Numbered from the stretch's first letter, positions 9,427 through 19,374 are shown. The stretch: 64,000 bases of DNA from Candidatus Obscuribacterales bacterium (GCA_965228855.1 CBDDIJ010000005.1:480001-544000); one strand, 5' to 3'. Numbers and translations are program-made. Notes: generated by a model not told the origin, from the letters alone.

Positions 9427-9726
9427 TTATTGGGCGAAGCCGAATTGGTACCATCTTCGTGTCGTCTTCTCGATGGCATCGGCCAGGCTAATCGCGAGCT
9501 TTCTGTCACCGATGGAGCGACCTTGAAGCTCAGATACGGCATTACGAGCGTCGAGCAAGCTCATCTCGACAAATGCGTATCCTAGAGACAACCCCGTCTT
9601 AGGGTGTTTCGGCATGTTCACCGAAAGAACTTGCTCCGTTCGATCTGAGAACACGCCTCTGATTTGTTCTTCCTTGGTTTCAATAGAAATATTGCCGACC
9701 AGTACACGTCCCAAAAGTTTCTGCAT
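9427..9726 (-). CDS. RNA recognition motif (RRM) RNA-binding protein
   Basis: RNP2 VLVGNI and RNP1 GYAFVEM; GAGG RBS. Confidence 0.85.
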   Translation of the reverse strand: MQKLLGRVLVGNISIETKEEQIRGVFSDRTEQVLSVNMPKHPKTGLSLGYAFVEMSLLDARNAVSELQGRSIGDRKLAISLADAIEKTTRRWYQFGFAQ

Positions 9727-10052
9727 TGATTGTGTTTTACCTCTGCGAATTTACAAGCAAATCTCCTAAGCCGCAGCCGGAGAATTCGGACGCAGAAGAG
9801 CTTACGTGCTACTTTCCATTCTAGCAGTCGAAAGAAAGAGGTTTGGACCGTAGATTGAAGCGAGCACTTGGAAAGCCGCTTGCAGTGCAGCTTTTGACAA
9901 TGAAAAAAAATCCAGATAGGTCCGATGTCGTATTGTCGTACTCACTCGGAGCCCTAAAAAGTAGAAATAATCGCAGGTCTGACCTCTTTTCGTCATGATC
10001 GGGCAGAGCCCCGAAGAGTATCAATTATCTTTGACACATTGACGCAATTCCC

Positions 10053-10082
10053 TTGACGTAGTGCAAAGCCTGTTGATACCAT
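10053..10082 (+). promoter_or_regulatory. Putative tRNA promoter
   Basis: TTGACG-N18-TACCAT with extended -10 TG, 17 nt before the tRNA. Confidence 0.5.
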
Positions 10083-10099
10083 TGCTTTCCTGGTTATGT

Positions 10100-10172
10100 G
10101 CATCCGTAGCTCAGTAGGTAGAGCACTCGGCTTTTAACCGATTGGTCCTGCGTTCGAGTCGCAGCGGATGCA
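10100..10172 (+). tRNA. tRNA-Lys(UUU), CCA not encoded
   Basis: Acceptor stem GCATCCG/CGGATGC, D arm GCTC-AGTAGGTA-GAGC, anticodon loop CT-TTT-AA, T arm CTGCG-TTCGAGT-CGCAG. Confidence 0.95.
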
Positions 10173-10200
10173 TAATTCTTTCAACGGTCATAAAAGAGAA

Positions 10201-10221
10201 CAGCCCCCATACTGGGAGCTG
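10201..10221 (+). terminator. Stem-loop downstream of the tRNA
   Basis: CAGCCCCCA-TAC-TGGGAGCTG imperfect hairpin between the tRNA and a convergent ORF. Confidence 0.35.
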
Positions 10222-10307
10222 CTGATACTTTGGTTTTCTGGTTTCAGCCGACCTGGTCAGCGCAACTTCGTGCCGAAGCTCGGAGCGGCACTACCGGCGG
10301 TTTCAGA

Positions 10308-10874
10308 TTACCAGGGGAAGTTATAGCGAGCGAACAACGGTACGCCGCCCGTAGTCAACCCCTGACGAAAGTCGATTACGCCAATCTGTACGCCGCGATC
10401 TTCAAAGGAAGTCGGATATAAATAGAGCGAAGCAGAAAACTGCGATACTCGCCCATGCTTCGTAGCGCCCGGACCAAGGTGGAAAACCACTTCGATGCCC
10501 CTTGGCGACTTGACTGGCTCTTCAAGCTCGAAATACTTTTCAAGCATCAAGTCTTCGCCATACGGCGGCGGTTCGTCAAAATCGATTGGTGAATCATGCG
10601 TGGTCCATTGCCAGAGAATCTGGTCGGAGCCCGCCTTTTTCAAATTGACGTTTAAACGTGGAAACCAGTGGTCATCACTGTCCGACTCACGAAAGACGCT
10701 CAGCCGACCGCGCGTGAGCGCCGGTCTGTCGATAAGCATCTGCCTTCCCTGTGCATCGATTTCATCCATATAAAGAAGGACTCCTTCGTCCGCCTTGCGA
10801 TTGGGTACCTGATTCTCAACAGGATAGCAGATTTGATAAATTCTCTTCGCAATCAGATTTTCTGTGATCAGCAT
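10308..10874 (-). CDS. Hypothetical protein
   Basis: 188-aa ORF filling the gap with protein-like composition; start uncertain. Confidence 0.55.
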   Translation of the reverse strand: MLITENLIAKRIYQICYPVENQVPNRKADEGVLLYMDEIDAQGRQMLIDRPALTRGRLSVFRESDSDDHWFPRLNVNLKKAGSDQILWQWTTHDSPIDFDEPPPYGEDLMLEKYFELEEPVKSPRGIEVVFHLGPGATKHGRVSQFSASLYLYPTSFEDRGVQIGVIDFRQGLTTGGVPLFARYNFPW

Positions 10875-10912
10875 TGCTGAAATCTGGCAGAAATAACGGA
10901 TAATTGTTAGCC

Positions 10913-12220
10913 ATGTCTGAACTCAAATTGACATTCCCAACTCGCTATTCGATTGGCAGCGTGTACGTGGCTCCGGTTTATCAACCGGAGACTTGGGAGC
11001 TTTTACAAGTCCCTCAAGGTCTGGTAACAAAGCCGGAGAACCAGCCAATCAACTGGGATTGGCTTGACGAGGCTCGCGGGACACTTACAGTCCCGGACCG
11101 ACATAAAGTCAAATTGAAAATCAACAACAGCGCCAGCACCAGACTTGATTGCCTAATTGATTTGCCGCCTGACGCCATGCACACTCTTGACCTGAGCAGG
11201 ACTGGAGTGACGGATGAATTGCTCCTAACTATCGTTCATTTTTGCGAATTGGAAGTTCTGGAACTGGCTTACACTGCGATTTCCGACGAGGGAGCCATTA
11301 CCGTTTCCTCGCTAGACAAGTTGCACACACTTGGCTTGACCCACACAGCGCTGACAAATACAGGCCTGGCTGAAATTTGCAAGCTAACAAACTTGCGCGA
11401 ACTCTGGCTCAATGGCACGCTCATAGATGACGAAGGCATGCCGCATGTCGCGGAGCTGGAAAAACTTGTTCTACTCGGATTGAGCAGCACGCGCGTCACG
11501 AGCGAGGGCCTCGTCGAACTTTATAAGTTGAAAAACCTTCTGCGCTTATATATGTTCAACACCGCTTTAGAAGAAGAAACTGCAAACGAGTTTAGAAAAA
11601 ACTTGCAGCATTGCCGGGTGAAGTGGCGCCGCCCAGCGGCACAGCGACCGGAGTTCATGTTCGCTGATGAAGCCGATCTTTCGCTTGAAGATGAGTTCGA
11701 CGTCGAAGGTGAACTCGAAACTGTAAGTAACGGCAACAAGAAACATGTCAAACCAATGAGCGACGAGAGATTCTGGCAACTAGTCGATATGTTCGACTGG
11801 GACCATGAAGGCAACGATACTGCCGTAATCGAACCAGCAGTCGAAGCGCTTTCCGGGCTCACCGATGAAGATATTTGCGGTTTCATGGAAACTCTAGCCG
11901 GCAAGCTTTATTCGCTGGATGCTGAAAAATTCGCACGACACATAGGTCGCGAATCGTACAGAAGCAAAGACGAATACTTCTCCAAGAGCTGGTTTTTAAA
12001 CGTCCGATGCTGTGCTTGCTCGAATGGCGAGGATTTATTCGAGGACATAGTAGACACACCGGAAAACATGCCGAAGGATCTCGGATTTCGCGCTATCTGC
12101 CGAGTCGCGCCCGAAGCCTATTTCCGTAAAACCGGTCAGAAGCTGACCTACACACCGTCCAAAAATATAGAGACATTTAGCAACAGAGACGGCTGGCCCG
12201 GCTTGCTCAGCAGCCTTTAG
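10913..12220 (+). CDS. Leucine-rich repeat protein with C-terminal DUF4240-like domain
   Basis: LxxLxLxxTxITD-type LRRs (LEVLELAYTAISDEG, LRELWLNGTLIDDEG), acidic linker, then an MSDERFWQLVD domain. Confidence 0.75.
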   Translation: MSELKLTFPTRYSIGSVYVAPVYQPETWELLQVPQGLVTKPENQPINWDWLDEARGTLTVPDRHKVKLKINNSASTRLDCLIDLPPDAMHTLDLSRTGVTDELLLTIVHFCELEVLELAYTAISDEGAITVSSLDKLHTLGLTHTALTNTGLAEICKLTNLRELWLNGTLIDDEGMPHVAELEKLVLLGLSSTRVTSEGLVELYKLKNLLRLYMFNTALEEETANEFRKNLQHCRVKWRRPAAQRPEFMFADEADLSLEDEFDVEGELETVSNGNKKHVKPMSDERFWQLVDMFDWDHEGNDTAVIEPAVEALSGLTDEDICGFMETLAGKLYSLDAEKFARHIGRESYRSKDEYFSKSWFLNVRCCACSNGEDLFEDIVDTPENMPKDLGFRAICRVAPEAYFRKTGQKLTYTPSKNIETFSNRDGWPGLLSSL

Positions 12221-12320
12221 ACCGGCGCGTAGAAAACGGAACGGTCCACTTAAGTGTCACCACACTTAGTGCCACGATAAGTGTTTGAAACGAATTATAG
12301 TTGGTCGAAGCAGGATAATT

Positions 12321-13235
12321 GTGGTGGCATCAAAATCGAAGGCAACAGCTAAACCTAAACCCAAGCCCAAGACTAAGAAAGCGAAGACTAAAACATTCTC
12401 TTCAACCCCGGCATCAAGGGCAACTCTTAGCTCGTTAAAACGGAAGGAAGTTCTAGAGATGCTTTCTTCCTTATCGAAGAAAGACAAGAAACTCAAAGAA
12501 TTGATCGAGCAGGTCGCCGGTGGTTTCGCCCCCAATATAGAGGAAGCAGCATCACCATTCGAAGCCATTTCGGAAGCAATAGTCTACCAACAACTCACAG
12601 GCAAAGCCGCGGCCACTATCTACGGACGGTTTAAAGCGTTGTTCAACTCGGACCAGCATCCATCGCCGCAGCAAATCTTGGAGGCACCAGAGGCGGTGCT
12701 GCGCTCGGCCGGCTTATCCGGTTCCAAAATCAAGGCTCTCAAAGATCTCGCAGAGAAGTCCCTTGCCGGGCTGATTCCATCACATCAAGAAATAGAGAAG
12801 TTGTCCGATGAGGAGATCATCGAGATTTTGACAGCGGTTAAGGGCGTGGGCACATGGACCGCCCACATGTTCCTAATGTTTCGCCTCGGACGCCTCGATG
12901 TGATGCCGTCAGGGGATTACGGCGTACGAATGGGTTACGCGATCACCTACGGCAAGCACGCAAAAGACCTTCCGACAACGACCCAACTCGAAGAACACGG
13001 AGAGCTCTGGCGTCCATTCCGCAGCGTGGGAAGCTGGTATATGTGGCGCGCGGTCGAGCTACATCGTGCCCTCAACGCAGCAACCAGAATCTCGGCACCT
13101 CCCAAGAAAAGGTTGAAAAAGTCGGAAACGGTTGAAGCGGGTAAAAAATCCATTGCGAAGAAACCGGCAGCGAAGAAACCGGTGGCTAAGAAACCTGCAA
13201 CAAAGAAATCAACTCGCGCGTCAAAAAGGCGATGA
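12321..13235 (+). CDS. alkA: DNA-3-methyladenine glycosylase (AlkA/HhH-GPD) with Lys-rich tails
   Basis: AIVYQQLTGKAA, LTAVKGVGTWTA HhH, DVMPSGDYGVR, WRPFRS; GTG start inferred from an AGGA RBS. Confidence 0.88.
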   Translation: MVASKSKATAKPKPKPKTKKAKTKTFSSTPASRATLSSLKRKEVLEMLSSLSKKDKKLKELIEQVAGGFAPNIEEAASPFEAISEAIVYQQLTGKAAATIYGRFKALFNSDQHPSPQQILEAPEAVLRSAGLSGSKIKALKDLAEKSLAGLIPSHQEIEKLSDEEIIEILTAVKGVGTWTAHMFLMFRLGRLDVMPSGDYGVRMGYAITYGKHAKDLPTTTQLEEHGELWRPFRSVGSWYMWRAVELHRALNAATRISAPPKKRLKKSETVEAGKKSIAKKPAAKKPVAKKPATKKSTRASKRR

Positions 13236-13364
13236 TTTATCTGCCCCCAGCCACAGCGCGAATGTGAATCGCAAGTAATATTAGAATAGAATCCCGTAAT
13301 CGACGAAATCTCTGAAGGATCTCCAGATTCCCGCGCCCCGAACGTGATAAGTTAAATAACTAAA

Positions 13365-14537
13365 ATGACTGCCCGAAAAAACCTCTCCATCACGTTGCTC
13401 ACGTTGATCTGCCTGGTCAACTTCTATTTGCCGCCCGCCGTGGCGCAAGCGGATTATGACGGCGGAGGCTCCGACGGGGCAGTGACGCAAAAGTTAGACA
13501 CCGCGTGCTTCGTGACCTGGTGGTTTCACTCCGCACTGGGATACCACCCAGCCATCTTGATGCGGGTGGAAAACGCCAGCGGACAGAGCCTGCCAGGTGT
13601 CATTCTCAAGTTTCAAGCACGCTTTACAAACTTACGGGATGGATACGTCAACGTGGCACGAGAAGAGATTCGCGCCAGTTTAGAACCGAAAAAACAATTG
13701 TATGTGTTTCTCAAAGGACCTCGCGCCTTCGAGCTTCCCATCGACCAGAGTTTATGGCCGCGCATGGAGTGCAAGGTGATGTGCCGTGTCAGCGATGGCG
13801 TAACGGATGGCGGCACCCAGACAATGCTTATCACGAAACTCGATTCAATCACAATGAGCTTCGAGGACGCCATGACGAATCTGGCAAAGCAACCGGACAT
13901 TCGGATTGGCAGGCGCAAACCGACGCCAGCCGCGGTGCCGGCACGACCGGAAAAGACCCTCGTGGCGACAACTGGTTCTCTCGCAGTCAAAGACAACAAA
14001 CCCAAACAAACCTTGTTGCAGTTTTTAGGCTCAACCTTTATTCCTGGTCTGGGTGACGACTTCTACAGCTTTGAAAAGAAGTTCGGAATACCCGCCGAGT
14101 TCGACCCGAAAACCGAATGGACCTGGGCTAGATATCAGAGCCAATCGCCGGAACTATCTATGATTGTCGGGTCGCGAGGACAGACAGGCAAAGCAGACCT
14201 GATCGTAGCGACTGTTCCACCTAGCCAGATCAAAGGCGAGGGACAAGTTACGGAACTGGCAAAAGCGATTTCAGGCAAATTCAGAAGCGAGACCACCACG
14301 CCCCCCAATCACTCGGTTCGCTATCTACCGAGCGGAAGACTGGAATTCGGCACCCTGTCAGCGAAAAACTATCGCGCCGTCTACTTCGTCCCGGGCGAAT
14401 CCGGCGGAGGAAACGGCTCGTATATCGTAGTCGTTACAAGAATGCCGGGAAACGTTCTCGAGATTTTGCGCAAGGAAGCCCCAAGAGCTAAACTATTGAA
14501 GTTTTTGCAACCCATTACCGGCGTATCTGAGACTTAA
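13365..14537 (+). CDS. Hypothetical secreted protein
   Basis: Signal peptide ending AVAQA; 390-aa ORF. Confidence 0.65.
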   Translation: MTARKNLSITLLTLICLVNFYLPPAVAQADYDGGGSDGAVTQKLDTACFVTWWFHSALGYHPAILMRVENASGQSLPGVILKFQARFTNLRDGYVNVAREEIRASLEPKKQLYVFLKGPRAFELPIDQSLWPRMECKVMCRVSDGVTDGGTQTMLITKLDSITMSFEDAMTNLAKQPDIRIGRRKPTPAAVPARPEKTLVATTGSLAVKDNKPKQTLLQFLGSTFIPGLGDDFYSFEKKFGIPAEFDPKTEWTWARYQSQSPELSMIVGSRGQTGKADLIVATVPPSQIKGEGQVTELAKAISGKFRSETTTPPNHSVRYLPSGRLEFGTLSAKNYRAVYFVPGESGGGNGSYIVVVTRMPGNVLEILRKEAPRAKLLKFLQPITGVSET

Positions 14538-14746
14538 GAAATCGTTCGCACAAGGTTTGGCGCCGGCGGCTATAATGCCCACCACGTTTCTATTGCGGTT
14601 TTCCCCATCCTCTTCTGAATTGGTGGATTAACGCCGAGACCCGATGAAGCTAGAATTGCCATGGGAGTTTCATGGCAGAGGTCGGCTAAATCTAAGTTCA
14701 ACTCCCTTAGCTGCATTACATATCTGGTTATTACACGAGGTGCCCG

Positions 14747-15823
14747 ATGCCAGTAAAATTGCCTGAGAAGACAGCTCCCACAGCAGCACGTCCGGAGATA
14801 CCAAAGGTCGCAACGCCAGCTTCCATGATCGACAAGATCCCAGTCTCACTAGTTTTAATGCTCGCCTCGCCTTATCTGGCTGGAGAGTCACCGGAGCAAG
14901 CGATTCAACTCGCGCACAAACTTTTTTCCAAGGACCGATACACCTCGACGCTCGACATTCTCGGCGAAGACATGGAATCGGCCGCCGATTGCGATGCATC
15001 GGTGGAGGCGTATAAAAACCTCGTTGACTTGATCATAAGCAATCCATTGCCGGTCAACACAAGGCAAGAACAAATAACCATCTCTTTCAAACCGTCGATG
15101 TTCGCGACGAGCGCGCCGAAAGGGAATGGTTTAAGCGATCCCAACCTCGACAAATGTTTCGACCGCATCAAACAAGTTACCGACTATGCAAAACGGCTTG
15201 GCGTAAACGTCACGCTTGAAGCGGAAGATCATCGCTGGACAGATTTCCACCTGGAAACTTACTTTGAACTGGTAAATCAGGGTTACGACAACATCGGTAC
15301 GGTCATTCAGACAAGAATGTTTAGAACCGCCGATGATATCAAAAGATTTGATGACAGAATGCGAGTTCGGCTCGTATTGGGAATTTACAACGAACCAGCC
15401 GACATCGCTCACACAAGCAAACCTGTGATGAAAGATCTGGTCGTCTCATATGCGCACGAACTTTTGGCGCGCGGAACCTACGTCGAAGTCGCCACTCACG
15501 ATCTCGACTGTTTGAAGAATTTCTTCGCGAAGGTCGTTTTGAAAGAAGGCGTTTCACGCGAGAGATTTGAAACACAATATCTGCACGGAGTACCGCGCGA
15601 CGAAGTTCAGCAAGGGCTCATCACGGGAACTTACTTCAATAAAACAAACTTCCCGCAAGCAAGCACCGAGCAATTAAGCGCACTCTCGCGCAGCGGTGTG
15701 GTCGTTCGTAAATATCTTCCATTCGGAGAAGGAAAAGTAGCGGGCGCATATTGCAGAAGACGACTTAAAGAGAACCCGAATATGATCGGTTACGGCATCA
15801 AGAACTTCTTGAAGATGCAATAG
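14747..15823 (+). CDS. Monofunctional proline dehydrogenase family protein
   Basis: PYLAGES, TLDILGE, VTLEAED, VRLVLGIYNEP, EVATHD, YLPFG...YCRRRLKENP. Confidence 0.8.
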   Translation: MPVKLPEKTAPTAARPEIPKVATPASMIDKIPVSLVLMLASPYLAGESPEQAIQLAHKLFSKDRYTSTLDILGEDMESAADCDASVEAYKNLVDLIISNPLPVNTRQEQITISFKPSMFATSAPKGNGLSDPNLDKCFDRIKQVTDYAKRLGVNVTLEAEDHRWTDFHLETYFELVNQGYDNIGTVIQTRMFRTADDIKRFDDRMRVRLVLGIYNEPADIAHTSKPVMKDLVVSYAHELLARGTYVEVATHDLDCLKNFFAKVVLKEGVSRERFETQYLHGVPRDEVQQGLITGTYFNKTNFPQASTEQLSALSRSGVVVRKYLPFGEGKVAGAYCRRRLKENPNMIGYGIKNFLKMQ

Positions 15824-15871
15824 GTCCCGAGTTCGGCTCCAGTTAAAAACAGTTGCGTCTCTGGGCGAACC

Positions 15872-16384
15872 TCAATCAGTAGCGAGCAGAAGCCGCTGAG
15901 CATCTTCGATCTGAGCGATCTCGTCGTCCATAATTTGAGTAAGAAGTTCATGCTTTTGCTCGTCTTTTGCGTGCTTTCTCTCAAGCTGAATTTGACCTCG
16001 AACCACTTCTTCAACGGCGATAGCGTTGCCGATTCCATAGGCTAAGTTAGTGCCGCCCTGCACTCGAAAACGTTTATTCGCATCGAAGGTGTATCGATAG
16101 GCACCGACTGCGCCACCAATGCCGTTCACAACTTTACTGAAACCGCCACTTGCATCTGCGCCGGAATCCAGCACGTTAACGATCATTTTTTGAATTTGTG
16201 AGTTCGGAGAGCCTAGTTCGTCGCCCGGGCTCTCATCGGCTCTCGCATTACTGCATAGAGTAAACAGCGATAGCGACAACACGACGCCAACAATTGGAGA
16301 TTTGATCTTCACTTTTGGTCGCCTGACCTGTAAAACAGCTGATCCGAGGGAGCGTAGCAGAAGCCTAATTATTGATGTGTGCAA
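15872..16384 (-). CDS. Hypothetical exported protein
   Basis: Hydrophobic signal-like segment ending NARA; start uncertain. Confidence 0.5.
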   Translation of the reverse strand: MHTSIIRLLLRSLGSAVLQVRRPKVKIKSPIVGVVLSLSLFTLCSNARADESPGDELGSPNSQIQKMIVNVLDSGADASGGFSKVVNGIGGAVGAYRYTFDANKRFRVQGGTNLAYGIGNAIAVEEVVRGQIQLERKHAKDEQKHELLTQIMDDEIAQIEDAQRLLLATD

Positions 16385-16475
16385 TTTCCGTGCAACGCAA
16401 ATCAGAGCTTTTTGTGTTTAAACTCGAACGTTTCACGCGTTGCAAACTATACTGTTCAAGTCCAGTGAGGTTTAA

Positions 16476-17162
16476 ATGTCCAGAATTCTCATAGTCGAAG
16501 ATGAGCACGGACTATCCGGAGCCATTAAAGAATGGCTCGAAGAGGAGCTCTACGTCGTCACCGTTATCAGCGACGGCAAAGCGGCCCTGGAGACGATTTT
16601 AGAAAAACCGTTCGAGCTACTTATTTTAGACTGGATGTTGCCGGGTCTTGATGGAATCAGCATCTGTAAACGATTTAGAGAATCGGGTGGAAAAACGCCG
16701 ATATTGATTCTCACAGCGAAAAGTACGATGGCGGCAAAGGAAGAAGGCCTGGACAGTGGAGCCGACGACTATTTGACGAAACCGTTCAACATGCGAGAGC
16801 TGTCAGCGCGTGTTCGCGCCCTGCTTCGGCGTCCGCAGACCACTCCGAAGACGACAATTGAATGCGGTGACTTGAGGCTCGACTTGAACACGCGCACAGT
16901 TATCAAAGGCACCACAGTGCTGAAACTCTTGCCGAAAGAGTTTATCCTTCTGGAGGTTTTGATGCGCCATAAAGGCATCGTGCTTTCCACCGAAGAAATC
17001 ATAGACCACGTCTGGGGACCGGATTCGAGCATAGCACCAGATACGGTGCGTTCTCATGTGAAGGCTTTACGAAAAAAAATCGATTCTCCCGGTGAAACAT
17101 CTCTGATAGTAAATATTCACGCAATGGGTTACCGGATAGAGGAGCCCAATGCGCATGTTTAA
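16476..17162 (+). CDS. OmpR-family response regulator
   Basis: ILIVEDE, LILDWMLPG, GADDYLTKPF, winged-helix C-terminus; GAGG RBS. Confidence 0.92.
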   Translation: MSRILIVEDEHGLSGAIKEWLEEELYVVTVISDGKAALETILEKPFELLILDWMLPGLDGISICKRFRESGGKTPILILTAKSTMAAKEEGLDSGADDYLTKPFNMRELSARVRALLRRPQTTPKTTIECGDLRLDLNTRTVIKGTTVLKLLPKEFILLEVLMRHKGIVLSTEEIIDHVWGPDSSIAPDTVRSHVKALRKKIDSPGETSLIVNIHAMGYRIEEPNAHV

Positions 17163-18396
17163 AAGCTTTCAGCGACAAATTGTCTTGTGGTTTTTAAGCT
17201 TGTCCTTGCTGGTGTATCTGACCTGCTCTTGTGTTGGTGCTCTCTTCATTTACACAAACAAAACGCATTCAATGGACGAAGAACTACGCATCGTGGCTTC
17301 TCAGATAGGCCACGCTATAGATGTTTCGGGAAAGAATCCGACCTTTCGAGATTGGCTCAGGGTGGTCGAAACGGAACCAGCCAGATCGATCATCACGATG
17401 CAACTTTTTGACCTCAATGGTCATCTACTCGAACACTACGGTCCGGATGGCATTCCTAGACTTATCAAACAGGTAAACGAAGTCACAGAGAATGGGCAAC
17501 AGATGCGGGTTCGCCAGGGACAGCTCTTGCAAGATAACAAACCGGTCGGATATCTGCAGTTACAGCTGCCAACTAAAACGCGAACCGAAGCAATCACAGA
17601 ATTCATTTTGACGATGGCAGCAATGAGCCCATTCGTGATTTTAGGTTTCGCTCAAATAGGAAAAACTGTTTCAAACATAGCCGTTAAGCCGATTGAGCAA
17701 CTTGTAGCCACGCTTCAGCGATTCGTAGCGGATGCCGGACACGAGTTGAATACGCCGGCTTCAATAATACAGGCACGCGCACAGTCGTTGGAGCGCAAGC
17801 TAAATAAGCAAGGAAATTTGTTTGAAGAGGACCTGCAAATAATCTCGAGTTCAGCCGAACGAATGGGTTACATCGTCAAGGATCTCATGCTGCTTGCGGA
17901 ACTCGACAGTAAAACCAAGCAAAAGACCGAGTCTATAACAGAAATCAAGTCTGTTGTAGAGTCGCTCACTGCCGAGTTCTCAGTAAGATTCGAAGCGAAA
18001 GACGTTCTGTTGAAAACAGAGTTGCTCGAAGTGGCCAGCGTAAAAACGAATGAGGAAACCCTGAGAGGAATACTTTCAAACCTGCTCGAGAACGCTCTCA
18101 AGTACACTCATCCAGGTGGGATAGTGGCGGTTAGCTGTGTGAACAACGCGATATCCGGCGAAGTCCGTTTAATAGTTAAGGACACAGGCGTAGGAATTCC
18201 CCCCGAATGCCTTCCGCACATTTTCGACCGATTTTACCGTGTCGACAAATCGCGCGACCGTTCTTCAGGTGGTTCCGGTCTCGGTTTATCAATCGTGAAA
18301 GCGCTTGTCGAAACGCTCTCGGGAAAGGTTCTCGTCGATAGCAGCCCCGGCAAAGGTAGCCAATTTACAGTGATTCTACCCGCGCTAAAAAACTAA
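17149..18396 (+). CDS. Membrane sensor histidine kinase
   Basis: Two TM helices, DAGHELNTP H-box, NLLENALKYT, DTGVGI, GSGLGLSIV; overlaps the regulator's stop. Confidence 0.92.
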   Translation: MRMFKSFQRQIVLWFLSLSLLVYLTCSCVGALFIYTNKTHSMDEELRIVASQIGHAIDVSGKNPTFRDWLRVVETEPARSIITMQLFDLNGHLLEHYGPDGIPRLIKQVNEVTENGQQMRVRQGQLLQDNKPVGYLQLQLPTKTRTEAITEFILTMAAMSPFVILGFAQIGKTVSNIAVKPIEQLVATLQRFVADAGHELNTPASIIQARAQSLERKLNKQGNLFEEDLQIISSSAERMGYIVKDLMLLAELDSKTKQKTESITEIKSVVESLTAEFSVRFEAKDVLLKTELLEVASVKTNEETLRGILSNLLENALKYTHPGGIVAVSCVNNAISGEVRLIVKDTGVGIPPECLPHIFDRFYRVDKSRDRSSGGSGLGLSIVKALVETLSGKVLVDSSPGKGSQFTVILPALKN

Positions 18397-18409
18397 CCTC
18401 GAACGAAAC

Positions 18410-18919
18410 TCAACCGATTGAAACCGGCTCGGAAAACGCATAGATCTCACAATCGCTGTTGCTTCCGTCCTCGTAGACAAGACACGCAAAATCGATCTGA
18501 TTATCGAGCGCGGTCATCGGATAGTGCCAGACGCCCGGATGATATGAAATCCCTTGCGGATTGGTGACCTCGAAAGCTTTGAGCGTCGCCAAGTCAGGCT
18601 CGTCGCCTCCGAGACTGACGATGACAAGATAGCGGGCATTACTACTAACAGGCATGAAGACCTGAGTGGAATATTCGTGGCGCTCCAGCAGCTTGATTTC
18701 AAACGGCAGACGTTGCAACGCACTGCAGCGAAAAACACACAAGTTGAGCTTCGCGCTCTCCGGTCTGAGATTCACCACATCGGCAACGTGGTTGAATCGT
18801 TTTGCAGTCTTCATGTTGGCGAACTTGAACTGCAGTTCCTCGTCTGCTGCAATCACACTACCGTAAGGAGCATAAGCCTCACGGTTGATTGGCTCGATCG
18901 AAAACTGCCGTCGCGTCAC
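18410..18919 (-). CDS. allA: Ureidoglycolate lyase
   Basis: IEPINREAYAPYG, LLERHEYSTQVFMP, QGISYHPGVWH; GTG start at 18919, 1 nt after the upstream stop. Confidence 0.85.
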   Translation of the reverse strand: MTRRQFSIEPINREAYAPYGSVIAADEELQFKFANMKTAKRFNHVADVVNLRPESAKLNLCVFRCSALQRLPFEIKLLERHEYSTQVFMPVSSNARYLVIVSLGGDEPDLATLKAFEVTNPQGISYHPGVWHYPMTALDNQIDFACLVYEDGSNSDCEIYAFSEPVSIG

Positions 18920-18920
18920 A

Positions 18921-19130
18921 CTAATCTTTGCTGCCAACCAGGATGATGTTGGTGCCAACTTGGTACGGCATGCCGTTCTTGGGATTTTTCAATTTTCCGT
19001 TGGCGTAGAATCCTTTCGAACCAGTCTTGAATTCGCGAGCATCTGCGGTCAGCGTGCCCCAGACTTCGCCGTCGCGAGTCTTGAACTCGATCAACAATGT
19101 CGCCGGCGCGTCCTCGTCTACCTTACCCAT
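18921..19130 (-). CDS. Small uncharacterised protein (69 aa)
   Basis: ATG 19130 with GGAGGA RBS; REFKTGSKGFYANGKL...YQVGTNIILVGSK. Confidence 0.75.
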   Translation of the reverse strand: MGKVDEDAPATLLIEFKTRDGEVWGTLTADAREFKTGSKGFYANGKLKNPKNGMPYQVGTNIILVGSKD

Positions 19131-19374
19131 TAATTGTTCCTCCTGGTGTGCAGGTGATAGTGTACAAGAAATCAGCTCTTGACCACTTTGAACTAACACT
19201 CAAAAACACCGTTCGATTGAAACGGTGCGCCTCAGCAGTGTATAACTGTCTTTTCAATCGCGGACCGGAAGTCATTAGTTGGAAGATTCGCAAGAATTTT
19301 AAAGACTTAGCACCGTTTACCGATTGTTTAGATTAGTCGGGCAAGCGCAAGCGCTTTCAAGCCGGAGAAATTTT

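Noticed and set aside
9727..9880. TCTCC/GGAGA pairing in the RRM gene leader, reminiscent of cyanobacterial rbp 5' UTRs
   Set aside because: Match too short to support from sequence alone.
10100..12220. tRNA-Lys as a genomic-island integration site
   Set aside because: No integrase, and I saw no duplicated tRNA 3' end or obvious compositional shift.
15872..16384. GAVGAYRY resembling a lysozyme/transglycosylase motif
   Set aside because: No catalytic Glu-Ser motif, and the domain is too short.
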